Shown: positions 19,648-30,106 of the stretch, piece by piece | Layout of the letters: every line of letters starts with the position of its first letter | Numbering within the stretch: position 1 is the stretch's first letter | Assembly: GCA_036743175.1 (NCBI GenBank) | Contig: DAINQB010000001.1 | Coordinates: 69,135 to 133,134 of the forward strand | Length of the DNA stretch: 64,000 nucleotides | DNA from: Bacillota bacterium | Lineage (GTDB): Bacteria; Bacillota; Clostridia; DUPQ01 | Direction of reading: 5' to 3' | The notes under the pieces: generated by a model | The model's database searches: none | Told to the model about the DNA's origin: nothing | Seen by the model: the letters and a program-made list of their open reading frames with translations, nothing else | Position numbers and translations under genes: made by a program

Positions 19648-20570
19648 ATTGCATCGAGGTCGGCAATCATCAGGTCCACCTGTTCCCAGGAATCAAGCAT
19701 TGCACCTGCTGCCTGGCGATGTCCTCCTCCGCCGTATTTGGAAGCTATTTCATTTACAGGGTGCCCCTTTGACCTGATGTCTACAATGATTCCATCAGTA
19801 TCCTGGGTGAAGTTAACCCAGATGGGTACTCCCTTTATATCCTTCATGGTATTTACCATACCCCTGGATATTGTAAATGCATCCATCCCTGAGGCTTTGA
19901 CGAAATCTTCATCATTCTTCATATAGGCAACACCGTTTTCCGTCAACATGAAGTCGGTCATGAATCTGCCGCGCAGCCGTTTGACTGAAATATCCTCCTC
20001 ATAAAGGCTGTCATATATGCTCTGGAGGTCAATGTCATATGACATGAGTCTCTCAGCTGTTTTGAAACTTCTTCCTGAAACCGTAGAGTAGAGAAACCGT
20101 CCCGAGTCAGTCACAAGGCCGTACATAAGCATTTCAGCTGCAGGGCGGTCCATATGCATCCCATGGGTAAAAATCATGTCTGCAATCATCTCACAGGCTG
20201 CTGACATGGTTGTATCGACATATGAGATGTCTCCGAAGGGTTCCCTGTCTATATGATGGTCTATTTTTATAAGGAAAGGGCTCATTACGAACCTTTGGTC
20301 ACTAAGAAGATGTATTGCCGCAGAATCAACTGCAATGGCCAGTGATTCTTTTATGACATCATCGGGAGGATTATCCAGGACTACAAGGCCTTCATACCTG
20401 TCTGCCGTCTCACCTGTTGTAAATATTTTTTTATGGGGATAGGTTCCCCTCAGACTGTATGCAAGACCGAACTGTGAACCTATTGCATCAAAATCCGGAC
20501 TCTTATGGGTAAATATGACAATGGAATCATATTCCTCAATCTTCTTAATTATTTCAGCTGTTATGCTCAT
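19623..20570 (-). CDS. nrnA: DHH/DHHA1 phosphoesterase NrnA (nanoRNase / pAp phosphatase)
   Basis: DHH motif (DHHIDREP) and DHHA1 GGGH motif (KYGGGGHRQAAGA). Confidence 0.8.
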   Translation of the reverse strand: MSITAEIIKKIEEYDSIVIFTHKSPDFDAIGSQFGLAYSLRGTYPHKKIFTTGETADRYEGLVVLDNPPDDVIKESLAIAVDSAAIHLLSDQRFVMSPFLIKIDHHIDREPFGDISYVDTTMSAACEMIADMIFTHGMHMDRPAAEMLMYGLVTDSGRFLYSTVSGRSFKTAERLMSYDIDLQSIYDSLYEEDISVKRLRGRFMTDFMLTENGVAYMKNDEDFVKASGMDAFTISRGMVNTMKDIKGVPIWVNFTQDTDGIIVDIRSKGHPVNEIASKYGGGGHRQAAGAMLDSWEQVDLMIADLDAMAVTSSDG

Positions 20571-21742
20571 CGCAATATATCGTCTTCCCCGCTTATCATG
20601 ATCTGATAATCGCTTTGGTACTGCCCAATGTTCCCGATGACACTAAGTTCCTCACCTACTGTAAAGAAATCAGGTTCTATATATGGTTTCATGTATTTGT
20701 CTATCCTTATGATACCCTTCGAATCACCGGATTTGACATGGACACTGTAGCCAAGGGTATTCTCACTGGCATCAATGGATGTTACGGTGAGGTTGTCAAT
20801 CCTTACATACATCGCCTCAGTCTCTTCACCTACTTCGGCCAATTCAATTACCATGGGTTCAATGGCAATCCCCTCCTCGACTGCGGTTATCTTTTTATCA
20901 AGGACATTGCTCAGCTCCAAAAGACCATTGTAATCCATTGTCCTTGCTGTGAATGTAACCCTGATACCTGGATACAATGCGGAATAATTATAGCTGTTTG
21001 CATAAATGTAGATTGCTCCGGTTTCGTCCTGGATATATGCATTGGATCCAATACGGCTTGTCACAACACCGGTAACTTCCACACTTGACCCAATCGGAAG
21101 TTTCCTGGCCTCAGCCAATGTAACCTTCTGGGTCTCATCTTCAACCTCATAGGTTGTATCAGGCGACCACAGCCCTACATCCTTTTTCTGGGCCTCACTT
21201 TCAACCTTGATCATCTGATTGTTGTACTTGTAATCCCCGTAAAGATACTTGACCCATGCAAGGCCTTCTTCAACCAGTTTGTAATTGAGAAGTTCTCCAT
21301 CGACCCATACCCATGCAAGCAGCCGGCCGTAGTTGTCCTCTATATCACTTTGGTCATCCTTTTCAAGTATTATGACTTTTGCTTTCTCAAGCTTTTCCTT
21401 CGTATAGTCCTTTGCGGGCAGCGCATATGGATGAAGTCCACCCGTTGAGCTGTTGGTCTCCGGTGTATCAATGGCCAGGAACCTGGTGGCACGCATGCCT
21501 TCCTTTAAAACGAAGTTTGCAGTATCCCCGTCACTCTGGCCTACGAACTGAACTATTTCATAACCATCCTCCATGAACTCCATGCCTTCGAAATCCAGGT
21601 CAGGAAGAACAGGCATGACAGCCGGTGCAGGGGTTGCAGATGCGGAAGGTTTATCCGAAACCTCTGCTTCATTTCCTTTGCATGCGGTCAGCATCAATGC
21701 CACTGACAATATGATTATGAGAATCCTGAATGTATTTTTCAT
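20567..21742 (-). CDS. Secreted thermonuclease (SNase-like) lipoprotein with C-terminal tandem OB-fold domains
   Basis: Lipoprotein signal LMLTAC; SNase core (RLLAWVWVDGELLNYKLVEEGLAWVKY...DVGLWS); ~180-aa C-terminal OB-fold-like extension as in YhcR-type nucleases. Confidence 0.7.
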   Translation of the reverse strand: MKNTFRILIIILSVALMLTACKGNEAEVSDKPSASATPAPAVMPVLPDLDFEGMEFMEDGYEIVQFVGQSDGDTANFVLKEGMRATRFLAIDTPETNSSTGGLHPYALPAKDYTKEKLEKAKVIILEKDDQSDIEDNYGRLLAWVWVDGELLNYKLVEEGLAWVKYLYGDYKYNNQMIKVESEAQKKDVGLWSPDTTYEVEDETQKVTLAEARKLPIGSSVEVTGVVTSRIGSNAYIQDETGAIYIYANSYNYSALYPGIRVTFTARTMDYNGLLELSNVLDKKITAVEEGIAIEPMVIELAEVGEETEAMYVRIDNLTVTSIDASENTLGYSVHVKSGDSKGIIRIDKYMKPYIEPDFFTVGEELSVIGNIGQYQSDYQIMISGEDDILR

Positions 21743-21774
21743 GTTTTCCCCTCCTTTTCAGGCATGAATGATGC

Positions 21775-21810
21775 ACAAAAAGGAAGGGGGAAGGCATGCC
21801 TCCCCCTTAA
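21775..21810 (-). terminator. Intrinsic terminator of the sugar ABC transporter operon
   Basis: GC-rich hairpin AAGGGGGAGGCAUGCCUUCCCCCUU followed by CCUUUUU on the minus strand, 13 nt after the SBP stop codon. Confidence 0.65.
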
Positions 21811-21822
21811 TGAAAATCTACT

Positions 21823-23127
21823 TTAGTTTATACTTGCTGCTGCATCTGTGATAGCCTGGTCAACGGACTTGATTCCCGTTGCTGCTTCTTCAACTGCAGT
21901 TTCAACTGCCATTCTCACACTGTAGCTTTCCTTGAATACAGGGTCATAGATATACCATGCTCCGTCATATGATGTTCCGACATCCTTGGTCGGGTTTGTG
22001 CCAGCCTCAACATATGCAACATATTCAGGAAGTTCACGTGCACTTTCCCTTACAGGAAGATATCCGCTGTTCATAGCCCAGAGAGCTGTATTTTCAGGAG
22101 CCATGAGGAACTTCATGAATTCAAATGTAGCGAGCTGTCCTACTTCATCTGATTTCAGCATGAACATATTTGATCCCTGCTGGATGACCTTCTCAACTTT
22201 TCCGAATGGTACCATTGCTGCATTCCACTCGAAGGCATCGCTTCCGATGTAAGCTGAACCTGATGTTGAGCCTATGAACATTACAAGGTTCTGGTCATTG
22301 AAAGGACCTGAACAGTAGTTGTCTTCTCCTGCTGTCCTGAAATATCCGCCTTCTACTCCGTCGATGAAGAACTGGAGTGCTTCACGGGCTTCAGGGCTGT
22401 TGAACAGAACATCACCATTGTTGTTGGTATACTGTCCGCCTGCCTGCTGTGTCCATGTAATGAAGAGGTTGGAAAGTGAGTCATAACCAAATGCAGGTTT
22501 TCCAAGTATTTCTGAAGCTGCAATTGAAACATCCTTCAGTTCTTCCCAGGTCGTGGGAACTGTCAGGTTGTTTTCATTGAAGAATGTCTCATTGTAGTAA
22601 AGTACTTCGGTTGATTTGTTGAAAGGAAGTGAATAGAACTTACCATCAGGATAGTTGCTGTTTTCTTCCCTGTAACCTTGGATGATGTCTTCCCAGTCTT
22701 CTACACCAACCTGAGAGTCAAAGATATACTCGTCAAGCTGCACGATTGCATCTGAATCAAGGTAAACCATGATGTTGTTTGCATATGCCTGTGCAATATG
22801 AGGTATGTCTCCGCCCTGCAGAGCTGAAACAAGCTTGGTGTGGAGGTCTGTATATCCACCCTGGTATGTAGCTTCAACTGTGATGCCGAATTCATTTTCT
22901 TCATTGAACTTGGCTACTACCAAATCCAATGCCGCTCCGTTTGCTCCGCTCATTGCATGCCAGAACTGGAGTACCGTTCCATCAGGTATTTCGGGCCATT
23001 CCTTTGCAGGTTCCATTGAATCCGCAGGCTTTGATGCGTCCGGTTCCTCATTGCTGGTCTTGCAGGCTGCAAAGGATGCAACCATGAGAACTGCGAGCAA
23101 CAATGCTAGGATTTTTCTCATTTTCAT
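21823..23127 (-). CDS. Carbohydrate ABC transporter substrate-binding lipoprotein (SBP family 1)
   Basis: 434 aa. Lipoprotein signal LLAVLMVASFAAC; MalE/UgpB-like. Confidence 0.8.
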   Translation of the reverse strand: MKMRKILALLLAVLMVASFAACKTSNEEPDASKPADSMEPAKEWPEIPDGTVLQFWHAMSGANGAALDLVVAKFNEENEFGITVEATYQGGYTDLHTKLVSALQGGDIPHIAQAYANNIMVYLDSDAIVQLDEYIFDSQVGVEDWEDIIQGYREENSNYPDGKFYSLPFNKSTEVLYYNETFFNENNLTVPTTWEELKDVSIAASEILGKPAFGYDSLSNLFITWTQQAGGQYTNNNGDVLFNSPEAREALQFFIDGVEGGYFRTAGEDNYCSGPFNDQNLVMFIGSTSGSAYIGSDAFEWNAAMVPFGKVEKVIQQGSNMFMLKSDEVGQLATFEFMKFLMAPENTALWAMNSGYLPVRESARELPEYVAYVEAGTNPTKDVGTSYDGAWYIYDPVFKESYSVRMAVETAVEEAATGIKSVDQAITDAAASIN

Positions 23128-23174
23128 TTTTATTCTCCTTCTTATCCTTTATATTTGAACAGGTTTCCCCTGTA

Positions 23175-23996
23175 TCAACCCTTTATTCCTGAACGTGCTA
23201 CACCTTCAACGATATATCTTCTGAAGAACAGATATATCACAAGAAGAGGTGCTATGACTATGGTGCCTGCCGCCATCAGAAGTTCATAATCCGTTCCGGC
23301 CTCACCGCTGAAATACTTCAATCCTATTGACAATACCCTCTTGCTCTCTGAGTTTGTTAGCAGCAGAGGCCAGATGTATGCATTCCATGAGGCTATGAAA
23401 TTGAAAAGACCGATGGTAATAAGCGCATTCTTGGCATTTGGAACCATTATCCTCCAAAGATACCTCCAGTCCGATGTACCGTCCACCTTTGCAGCAAGAT
23501 AAAGCTGTTCGGGTATCTGATTGAAGAACTCCCTGAGAAGATATATATAGAATATACTTGCAGTGAACGGAATTATCAGGGCTAGCAGTGTATCCATCAG
23601 CTGCATTCTGACTGCTACGGTTACATAATTGGTTATGATCAGTATCTGGCTTGGAATCATGAGGGTTGACAGAAGTATTGAAAAAATCAAGTCCCTTCCC
23701 CTGAATTTCAGCCGTGAGAACGCAAAGGCTGCAAATATGGATGTTATGAGCACAGAAAGAGTTGTCCCCACAGAAACTATGACGGTATTTACAAAATATG
23801 TGTCAAAGGGTGCATATTCCAGTGCTGTTGCATAGTTTCCCCATTGTGCCGGAGCCGGCCACCATACTATGGGGGATGCGGTTATCTGGTTGTAGGTCTT
23901 CAGACTTCCGGTTATCATCCAGAAGAACGGGAACAGCATTATGATTGCACCGGCTGTCAGCAGTATATATGTAATTATTTTATATACATTCTTCAT
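23175..23996 (-). CDS. Carbohydrate ABC transporter permease (MalG/UgpE-like)
   Basis: 273 aa, 6 TM segments, EAA-like loop in the C-terminal half. Confidence 0.8.
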   Translation of the reverse strand: MKNVYKIITYILLTAGAIIMLFPFFWMITGSLKTYNQITASPIVWWPAPAQWGNYATALEYAPFDTYFVNTVIVSVGTTLSVLITSIFAAFAFSRLKFRGRDLIFSILLSTLMIPSQILIITNYVTVAVRMQLMDTLLALIIPFTASIFYIYLLREFFNQIPEQLYLAAKVDGTSDWRYLWRIMVPNAKNALITIGLFNFIASWNAYIWPLLLTNSESKRVLSIGLKYFSGEAGTDYELLMAAGTIVIAPLLVIYLFFRRYIVEGVARSGIKG

Positions 23997-24005
23997 GTCA
24001 TCCCC

Positions 24006-24917
24006 CTAATACTGGACCCTTTTCTTGCTTACCCTCAGCTGTATGAATGTGAATACAAGTATGATCAGGAACAAGATAACCGATGCTGCAGCAGCACGCG
24101 GAGGTTCGTTTGCTCCATAGAACAAATCATACACATAATAGACTATGGTCATTGCCGTATCTGCAGGTCCCGGATTGTTTCCATACAATCCCACAACCTC
24201 GACATAGGTCTTCAACGCACCGATGAAGGAAATAATACCTATGTAGAAAACCATGGGCGAAAGAAGCGGCAGTGTTATTTTAGTAAAGGTCCTCCACCTG
24301 GATGTATTGTCTATCTTTGCAGCCTGGTAATACTGCTTGTTGATTCCCTGTATGCCTGCAAGGAACACAACAATCTTGAATGCAAGCCCCGACCAGATTC
24401 CGAATATTATCAATGCAGGCAGTGAATACTTCGGGTCATTGAGCCACATTATCGAATCTATTCCGAAAAGTCCCAGGATTCTGTTTAATATTCCATATGT
24501 AGAATTGAATATGAATTTGAATGCCAGTCCTATAGCTATTAGGTTTGTGATATAAGGCAGGAAGAACATGGTTTCAAATACCTTCATGCCCTTGAGCTTG
24601 CTGTTCAGCAGAACCGCCGTGAACAGTGCTATAGCCATCGAAACCGGAACGACTACAATTGTATATATGGTGGTATTCTTAAGGGCCAGTATGAACCTGC
24701 CGTCATTGAGCACCCATTTGTAGTTGTCAAGTCCGAAGCCGCTTCCCGTATGCTTGAAGATATTGTAATCCTTGAAGAAACTGATCCATACAGACCTGAA
24801 CATGGGATATATTACAAAAACAGCTATCACTATCAGCGCAGGTGATAAATAAAGCAATGCTTTCAGTGTGGTTTTCCATCTGGGCTCAAACATAAAGCCT
24901 GTTCCCCTCCGTATCAA
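24006..24917 (-). CDS. Carbohydrate ABC transporter permease (MalF/UgpA-like)
   Basis: 303 aa; the start may be an internal Met since the ORF overlaps the ATPase gene's end. Confidence 0.8.
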   Translation of the reverse strand: MIRRGTGFMFEPRWKTTLKALLYLSPALIVIAVFVIYPMFRSVWISFFKDYNIFKHTGSGFGLDNYKWVLNDGRFILALKNTTIYTIVVVPVSMAIALFTAVLLNSKLKGMKVFETMFFLPYITNLIAIGLAFKFIFNSTYGILNRILGLFGIDSIMWLNDPKYSLPALIIFGIWSGLAFKIVVFLAGIQGINKQYYQAAKIDNTSRWRTFTKITLPLLSPMVFYIGIISFIGALKTYVEVVGLYGNNPGPADTAMTIVYYVYDLFYGANEPPRAAAASVILFLIILVFTFIQLRVSKKRVQY

Positions 24918-25935
24918 AGAGCATCATGGAATTATCCCTGAGTGAAAGACCAATGGTCTCACCCTTCTTGAACATTACATCCGCAGCATTTATAACAACC
25001 TTGCAAAGGCGTTCTCCAAGATAAACGAAAAGCAGGGTTTCACGGCCTGTATACTCCATTGCCTGGATGACAGCTTTAACAGGGCTGTTTGCGTCCAGTC
25101 TGAATGATTCAGGTCTTATCCCCACATGTACCTGCTGGTCGGCAAGTTTTCCCGTATCCATAACAAAGCCGCCTGCATCAACCCTGCCACCCTTGATTTC
25201 AGTCCCAATTATATTGATCGGTGGATTTCCAAGGAACTTTGCCACGAACTCATTGACGGGATTGCGGTACATTTCCTGCGGTGATGCTATCTGCTGCAGG
25301 AATCCTTCGTTCATTATGACAATCTGGTCAGATATGGACATGGCTTCTTCCTGGTCATGGGTTACGAATATTGTCGTGACTCCTGTTTCACGTTGAATTC
25401 TCTTGATTTCCTCCCTCATTTCCAGTCGCAGACGTGCATCAAGATTGGAAAGAGGCTCATCAAGCAGAAGTATCCTGGGTTCCTTGACCAGTGCCCTGGC
25501 TATTGCAACCCTCTGCTGCTGTCCTCCGGACATCTGTCCCGGTTTCCTTTGGAGAAGCTCTGAGATATGAACCAGCTTTGCCATCTCCAGGGCTCTTTTC
25601 CTTGCCTCCTTCTTCGGAATCCTGAGGTTCTGCAACGGAAACATAATGTTCTGTTCGGCAGTCATATGAGGATAAAGGGCATAATTCTGGAAAACAAGGC
25701 CTATTCCCCTCTTTTCCGGTTCCTTCCTTGTAACATCCTCATCATCAAAGAAAATTTTTCCTGAAGTAGCCTTGAAAAGGCCTGCTATAAGATACAGTGT
25801 CGTAGATTTACCGCAGCCCGACGGTCCGAGAAGACCTGTCAGCTTGCCTTCGAGGAATTCAAGGCTTGCATCGTTCACTGCAATGACTTCCTCGAATGCC
25901 TTGGTTAGATTCTCCAGTCTGACTTTCATAATCAA
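24886..25935 (-). CDS. ABC transporter ATP-binding protein (MalK/UgpC/MsmK-like)
   Basis: Walker A GPSGCGKST, signature LSGGQQQRVAIARAL, Walker B LLLDEPLS, C-terminal TOBE-like domain. Confidence 0.85.
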   Translation of the reverse strand: MIMKVRLENLTKAFEEVIAVNDASLEFLEGKLTGLLGPSGCGKSTTLYLIAGLFKATSGKIFFDDEDVTRKEPEKRGIGLVFQNYALYPHMTAEQNIMFPLQNLRIPKKEARKRALEMAKLVHISELLQRKPGQMSGGQQQRVAIARALVKEPRILLLDEPLSNLDARLRLEMREEIKRIQRETGVTTIFVTHDQEEAMSISDQIVIMNEGFLQQIASPQEMYRNPVNEFVAKFLGNPPINIIGTEIKGGRVDAGGFVMDTGKLADQQVHVGIRPESFRLDANSPVKAVIQAMEYTGRETLLFVYLGERLCKVVINAADVMFKKGETIGLSLRDNSMMLFDTEGNRLYV

Positions 25936-26098
25936 TGTCCTTCGTCAATTCATCAATTCCACAGACAGCATTATACTTTTCATGTGTCCATGCGGTCAAT
26001 TAACATAAACTCAATTTAACACAATTTTAAAGGCTTTACAACAATTTACAGTGGTTTATGCATCTCCTGCATACAATATGTTGTATTTTTGCCATATA

Positions 26099-29000
26099 TC
26101 AGAAGAAACTTCTCTGGCTGCTCTCGGGAAGGTCCCCGAGGGCTCCCAGTTCCCTGAGTTTCTCTATTGCCGTCTTTGTAATCTTTCCGCGTTCTGAAAG
26201 GTCACTGACGGACATGAATTCCTTTTTGTTCCTGGCCCTGACAACAGTCCTGGCAGCCTTGGTTCCTATACCTCCCACAGCAGAGAGCGGAAGTCTGATG
26301 CCATCTTCCTCACAGAGGAATCTGTCGGCTCCGGAAAGCCTTAGATCCACGGGAAGGAAGTCTATTCCCCTTGCCATCATTTCCTCAACAATCTCAAGGA
26401 TGGTGAATATGTTCTGCTCCCTGGCATTCATTCTTTCTTCCCCGCTTCTAAGCTCCGTCATCCTGGCCCGTATTTCATCCATCGTCCCCGTCATCATGGA
26501 AACCTCGAATTCATCAGCGCGGATAGAGAAATATGCGGCATAATACTCCTTCGGATAGTAGATCTTGTACCAGGCTATCCTGAGGGCCATTATTACATAT
26601 GCCGCCGCATGGGCCTTCGGGAACATATACTCAATCTTCTTGCAGGATTCCACATACCATTTCGGCACACCGTGCTCAAGCATAACCTTCTCATGCTCCG
26701 GTGTTATGTTGCTGGACTTCTTCCTGACCTTTTCGGTGATTTCAAAGGCTGTGTGTGAATCCATTCCATGATGGATGAGGTATAGCATTATATTGTCTCG
26801 GATGCTTATGACCTCCTGAAGGGTTGCGGTCCCATTCTTTATAAGGTCCTCTGCATTGTTGCTCCAAACATTTTCCCCATGGGACAGCCCCGATATCTTG
26901 ATAAGCTCAGAGATAGTTGACGGTACGGCTGTTTTAAGCATCCCGCGCACGAATTTAGTGCCGAATTCGGGTATTCCCAGCACACCTATGCTGCAGTCAA
27001 TGTCCTTTACAAAACCCAGCACTTCCGCACTGCTGAACAAAGACATTATCTTCGGGTCCCTTATATTGATTTCCTTTGCCTTCGTACCGGTAAGATCCTC
27101 AAGCATCCTTATGATCGTGGGGTCATCATGGCCCAGGATATCCAGCTTCAGAAGGGTGTCATGCATGGAATTGAAATCAAAATGGGTTGTTACAGTATCA
27201 GATTCAGTATCATTGGCAGGCCTTTGGACCGGTGTAAAATCATTTATGGAATATCCTTCAGGAAGCACCACCATACCTCCCGGATGCTGGCCGGTTGTCC
27301 TTTTTACGCCGGCACATCCCTTGACCAGACGTTTGATCTCTGCTTTGTTATGGGGTATGTTGTTTTCCTCGAGATATCCCTTTACGAAACCAAAGGCCGT
27401 CTTGTCTGCGATTGTAGATATTGTTCCAGCCTTGAAGACATTGCTGCTTCCGAACAGTTCCTCGACGTGTTTATGGGCCCTGGCCTGGTATTCCCCTGAG
27501 AAATTCTGGTCAATGTCAGGCATCTTGTTTCCTTCAAATCCCAGGAAGGTTTCGAAGGGTATGTCAAACCCATCCTTTGCATACTGATTTTTGCATACGG
27601 GGCACTCCTTGTCAGGCATATCAAGACCGCAGTCATATTGAGATGGGTCTGCAAACTCTATGTTGTAACAATTCCTGCATATATAGTGGGCCTGCAGCGG
27701 ATTTACCTCGGTGATTCCTGAAAGGAATGCAGCGAATGATGAACCCACGGAACCCCTTGAACCAACCAGGTATCCGTTTTCCTGTGATTTAAGGGATAAC
27801 TTCTGGGCAATTATGTACATTACCGCATATCCATTGTTGATGATGGAATCAAGTTCCTTGTTCATCCTTTTCTCAATCAGTTCAGGGAGATTTTCACCAT
27901 ATAATTCGCAGACCTTTTTCCGGCATATCTCCCTGAGGTCCTCATCAGCTCCCTCTATGGACGGGGCGAACGTACCCTTTGGAATCGGACGCAGTGACTC
28001 AATGGAGTCCGCAATCGCACAGGGAACCTCCACGACAGCCTTGTATGCCCTGTCCTCACCCAGATAACTGAACTCCCCGAGCATTTCATCGGTTGTCCGC
28101 ATGAAGAGAGGTGCCTGTGATTCCACATCCTTGTACTTCATGCCATGCATTATTATTTTTCTGTATATTGCATCTTCCTCTGAGAAGAAGTGCGCATCGC
28201 ATGTAGCGGCAACCGGTATCCCAAGCTCAAGGCCTATTCCGTCTATCTTCATGTTAAGGTTCCTGATGTCATCCTCCTTACCAAGGATACCGTCCCTTAC
28301 CATGAATGAATTGTTGTCCACCGGCTGAATTTCAAGGTAGTCATAGAAACGTGCGATGCTTTTCAGAGTGTCATCGTCCCTGCCTTCCACTGCAGCGGAA
28401 TAAAGCTCTCCTGCTTCACATGCACTTCCAATTACCAGGTTTGTTCTCTTTGCTTCCAAAATGCTTTTAGGAATCCTTGGTTTCTTATAGAAGAAATTTA
28501 TATGGGAATATGAAATAAGTTCATATAGACTTTTCAGTCCGGCATTATTTTTTGCAAGAACTATTACATGATACTGCCTTAGTTTTACATTCATGGTTTT
28601 GCCGGAAACCAGAATGCATAAATCATTGGTTGACCTGATGCCTTCCATGAAGGAACAGCCCATGAAACGATTCCATGCTTCCCTGAGTTCACCTGCACCA
28701 TTGATTTCACCCGGTGGCATTACCCCCTTCATGTCAACCCCTGTGGCCCCAAGTCTGTCAAAGAGAATATTGAAATTTATGACCGGGTATCCCATGAACC
28801 TTTCATCAGGCCAGCCTGAGCAAATGATTGTACATCCTTTGTCCGGTGGCTGAATTGCATCTGTATCTCCCATCCGGGTTCTGACGGTGCTTCCGTCGGG
28901 CAGGATGATTTCACAATCCTCCCCCATATTGAAAACGAACATCTCTGTCTTGATTTCGTGGTCATCGGGGTTCCTCATGAATGCCGGTCCGTCATCAACA

Positions 29001-30106
29001 AGATAGCCTTCGACTCCGAATATGGGTTTTATTCCGTATATTTCCGCCTTCTCAAATGCTTCCGGAAAAGCCTGTACAACGCCATGGTCTGTAATTGCAA
29101 CTGCAGTATGCCCCCAGTCCTTCAGGGTCCTGAACAGCTGAGAAGGCTCAATGAAACCATCCTTTGAACTCATCTTTGTATGCAGATGGAGTTCAACCCT
29201 CTTTGAATCCGCTGTGTCTACCCTTTCCATATGAAGCGGCTCACACTCAGTTACATTCTTTGCCATGACTATGTTCTGAGAATCATAATTGTCATATCCG
29301 TAGCTGCCTTCAACCCTGATGCTGGCACCGGCCTGGAGCAGCTTTGCATGTTCCCTTGCCTCCGAACCTTCGCAGAACATCTTGCAGGTGATTGATGATG
29401 TGTAGTCAGTGACATCGAACTTGAACATGGTCTTGCCCCTCTTTGTCACATTGGACTCCACATCTATGATTTCGCACTCAAAGGCCACAAGCTTGAATTC
29501 ATTGCTGATTTCCCTGAGCCTGACCTCTGTATAGGAACGGTTCCTTCCGTATTTATTGACTTTTTCCGGTTTCTTAACAACCTTGGAAAAATCATTTATT
29601 ATCCTTTTGTTTTCCTCTGAATTCCTGCTCTTAAGCTCCTGCCTGATCTTATCAAACTCCTCCCGGCCATTGTCCGCCTTCTGCGGGGCGCATATTATAT
29701 CGCACTCCATCTGCAATCCCTTTGACAGGAATGAGGAAATATGCCTTATGCTTCCCGCTGCCGCCAAAAGCTTTTCACAGACATCAGGATAGGATATGAC
29801 AACGGAGTTTTCCCGTTTTTCAAAGGTAATACGTTCCCTGTACGGCAGCAGGGTCGGACAATGATCCACCATTCTGCCTATGATGTCCTGCTTTTCCCTT
29901 TCCCCAAGCTCAGCACCCTGGACACAGCATACAACTGCCAGGTTTTCCGTACCGAAATGCCCTTTGAAATGTTCAAGAAGTTCTTTCTCCTCTTCCAGAG
30001 GAACATAGGTTTCCGAAACAACATCAACCACCAGACTTTTTTCCAGTCTGTTAATCTTTACACTCCTGACCTTCACCTTCTGCAGTATCGTAGGTGTCTT
30101 CTCCAT
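26099..30106 (-). CDS. polC: DNA polymerase III PolC-type
   Basis: 1335 aa; PHP domain (HLHTKMS...ITDHGVVQAF) with an inserted exonuclease region and polymerase core; usual position upstream of ispG-rseP-dxr. Confidence 0.9.
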   Translation of the reverse strand: MEKTPTILQKVKVRSVKINRLEKSLVVDVVSETYVPLEEEKELLEHFKGHFGTENLAVVCCVQGAELGEREKQDIIGRMVDHCPTLLPYRERITFEKRENSVVISYPDVCEKLLAAAGSIRHISSFLSKGLQMECDIICAPQKADNGREEFDKIRQELKSRNSEENKRIINDFSKVVKKPEKVNKYGRNRSYTEVRLREISNEFKLVAFECEIIDVESNVTKRGKTMFKFDVTDYTSSITCKMFCEGSEAREHAKLLQAGASIRVEGSYGYDNYDSQNIVMAKNVTECEPLHMERVDTADSKRVELHLHTKMSSKDGFIEPSQLFRTLKDWGHTAVAITDHGVVQAFPEAFEKAEIYGIKPIFGVEGYLVDDGPAFMRNPDDHEIKTEMFVFNMGEDCEIILPDGSTVRTRMGDTDAIQPPDKGCTIICSGWPDERFMGYPVINFNILFDRLGATGVDMKGVMPPGEINGAGELREAWNRFMGCSFMEGIRSTNDLCILVSGKTMNVKLRQYHVIVLAKNNAGLKSLYELISYSHINFFYKKPRIPKSILEAKRTNLVIGSACEAGELYSAAVEGRDDDTLKSIARFYDYLEIQPVDNNSFMVRDGILGKEDDIRNLNMKIDGIGLELGIPVAATCDAHFFSEEDAIYRKIIMHGMKYKDVESQAPLFMRTTDEMLGEFSYLGEDRAYKAVVEVPCAIADSIESLRPIPKGTFAPSIEGADEDLREICRKKVCELYGENLPELIEKRMNKELDSIINNGYAVMYIIAQKLSLKSQENGYLVGSRGSVGSSFAAFLSGITEVNPLQAHYICRNCYNIEFADPSQYDCGLDMPDKECPVCKNQYAKDGFDIPFETFLGFEGNKMPDIDQNFSGEYQARAHKHVEELFGSSNVFKAGTISTIADKTAFGFVKGYLEENNIPHNKAEIKRLVKGCAGVKRTTGQHPGGMVVLPEGYSINDFTPVQRPANDTESDTVTTHFDFNSMHDTLLKLDILGHDDPTIIRMLEDLTGTKAKEINIRDPKIMSLFSSAEVLGFVKDIDCSIGVLGIPEFGTKFVRGMLKTAVPSTISELIKISGLSHGENVWSNNAEDLIKNGTATLQEVISIRDNIMLYLIHHGMDSHTAFEITEKVRKKSSNITPEHEKVMLEHGVPKWYVESCKKIEYMFPKAHAAAYVIMALRIAWYKIYYPKEYYAAYFSIRADEFEVSMMTGTMDEIRARMTELRSGEERMNAREQNIFTILEIVEEMMARGIDFLPVDLRLSGADRFLCEEDGIRLPLSAVGGIGTKAARTVVRARNKKEFMSVSDLSERGKITKTAIEKLRELGALGDLPESSQRSFF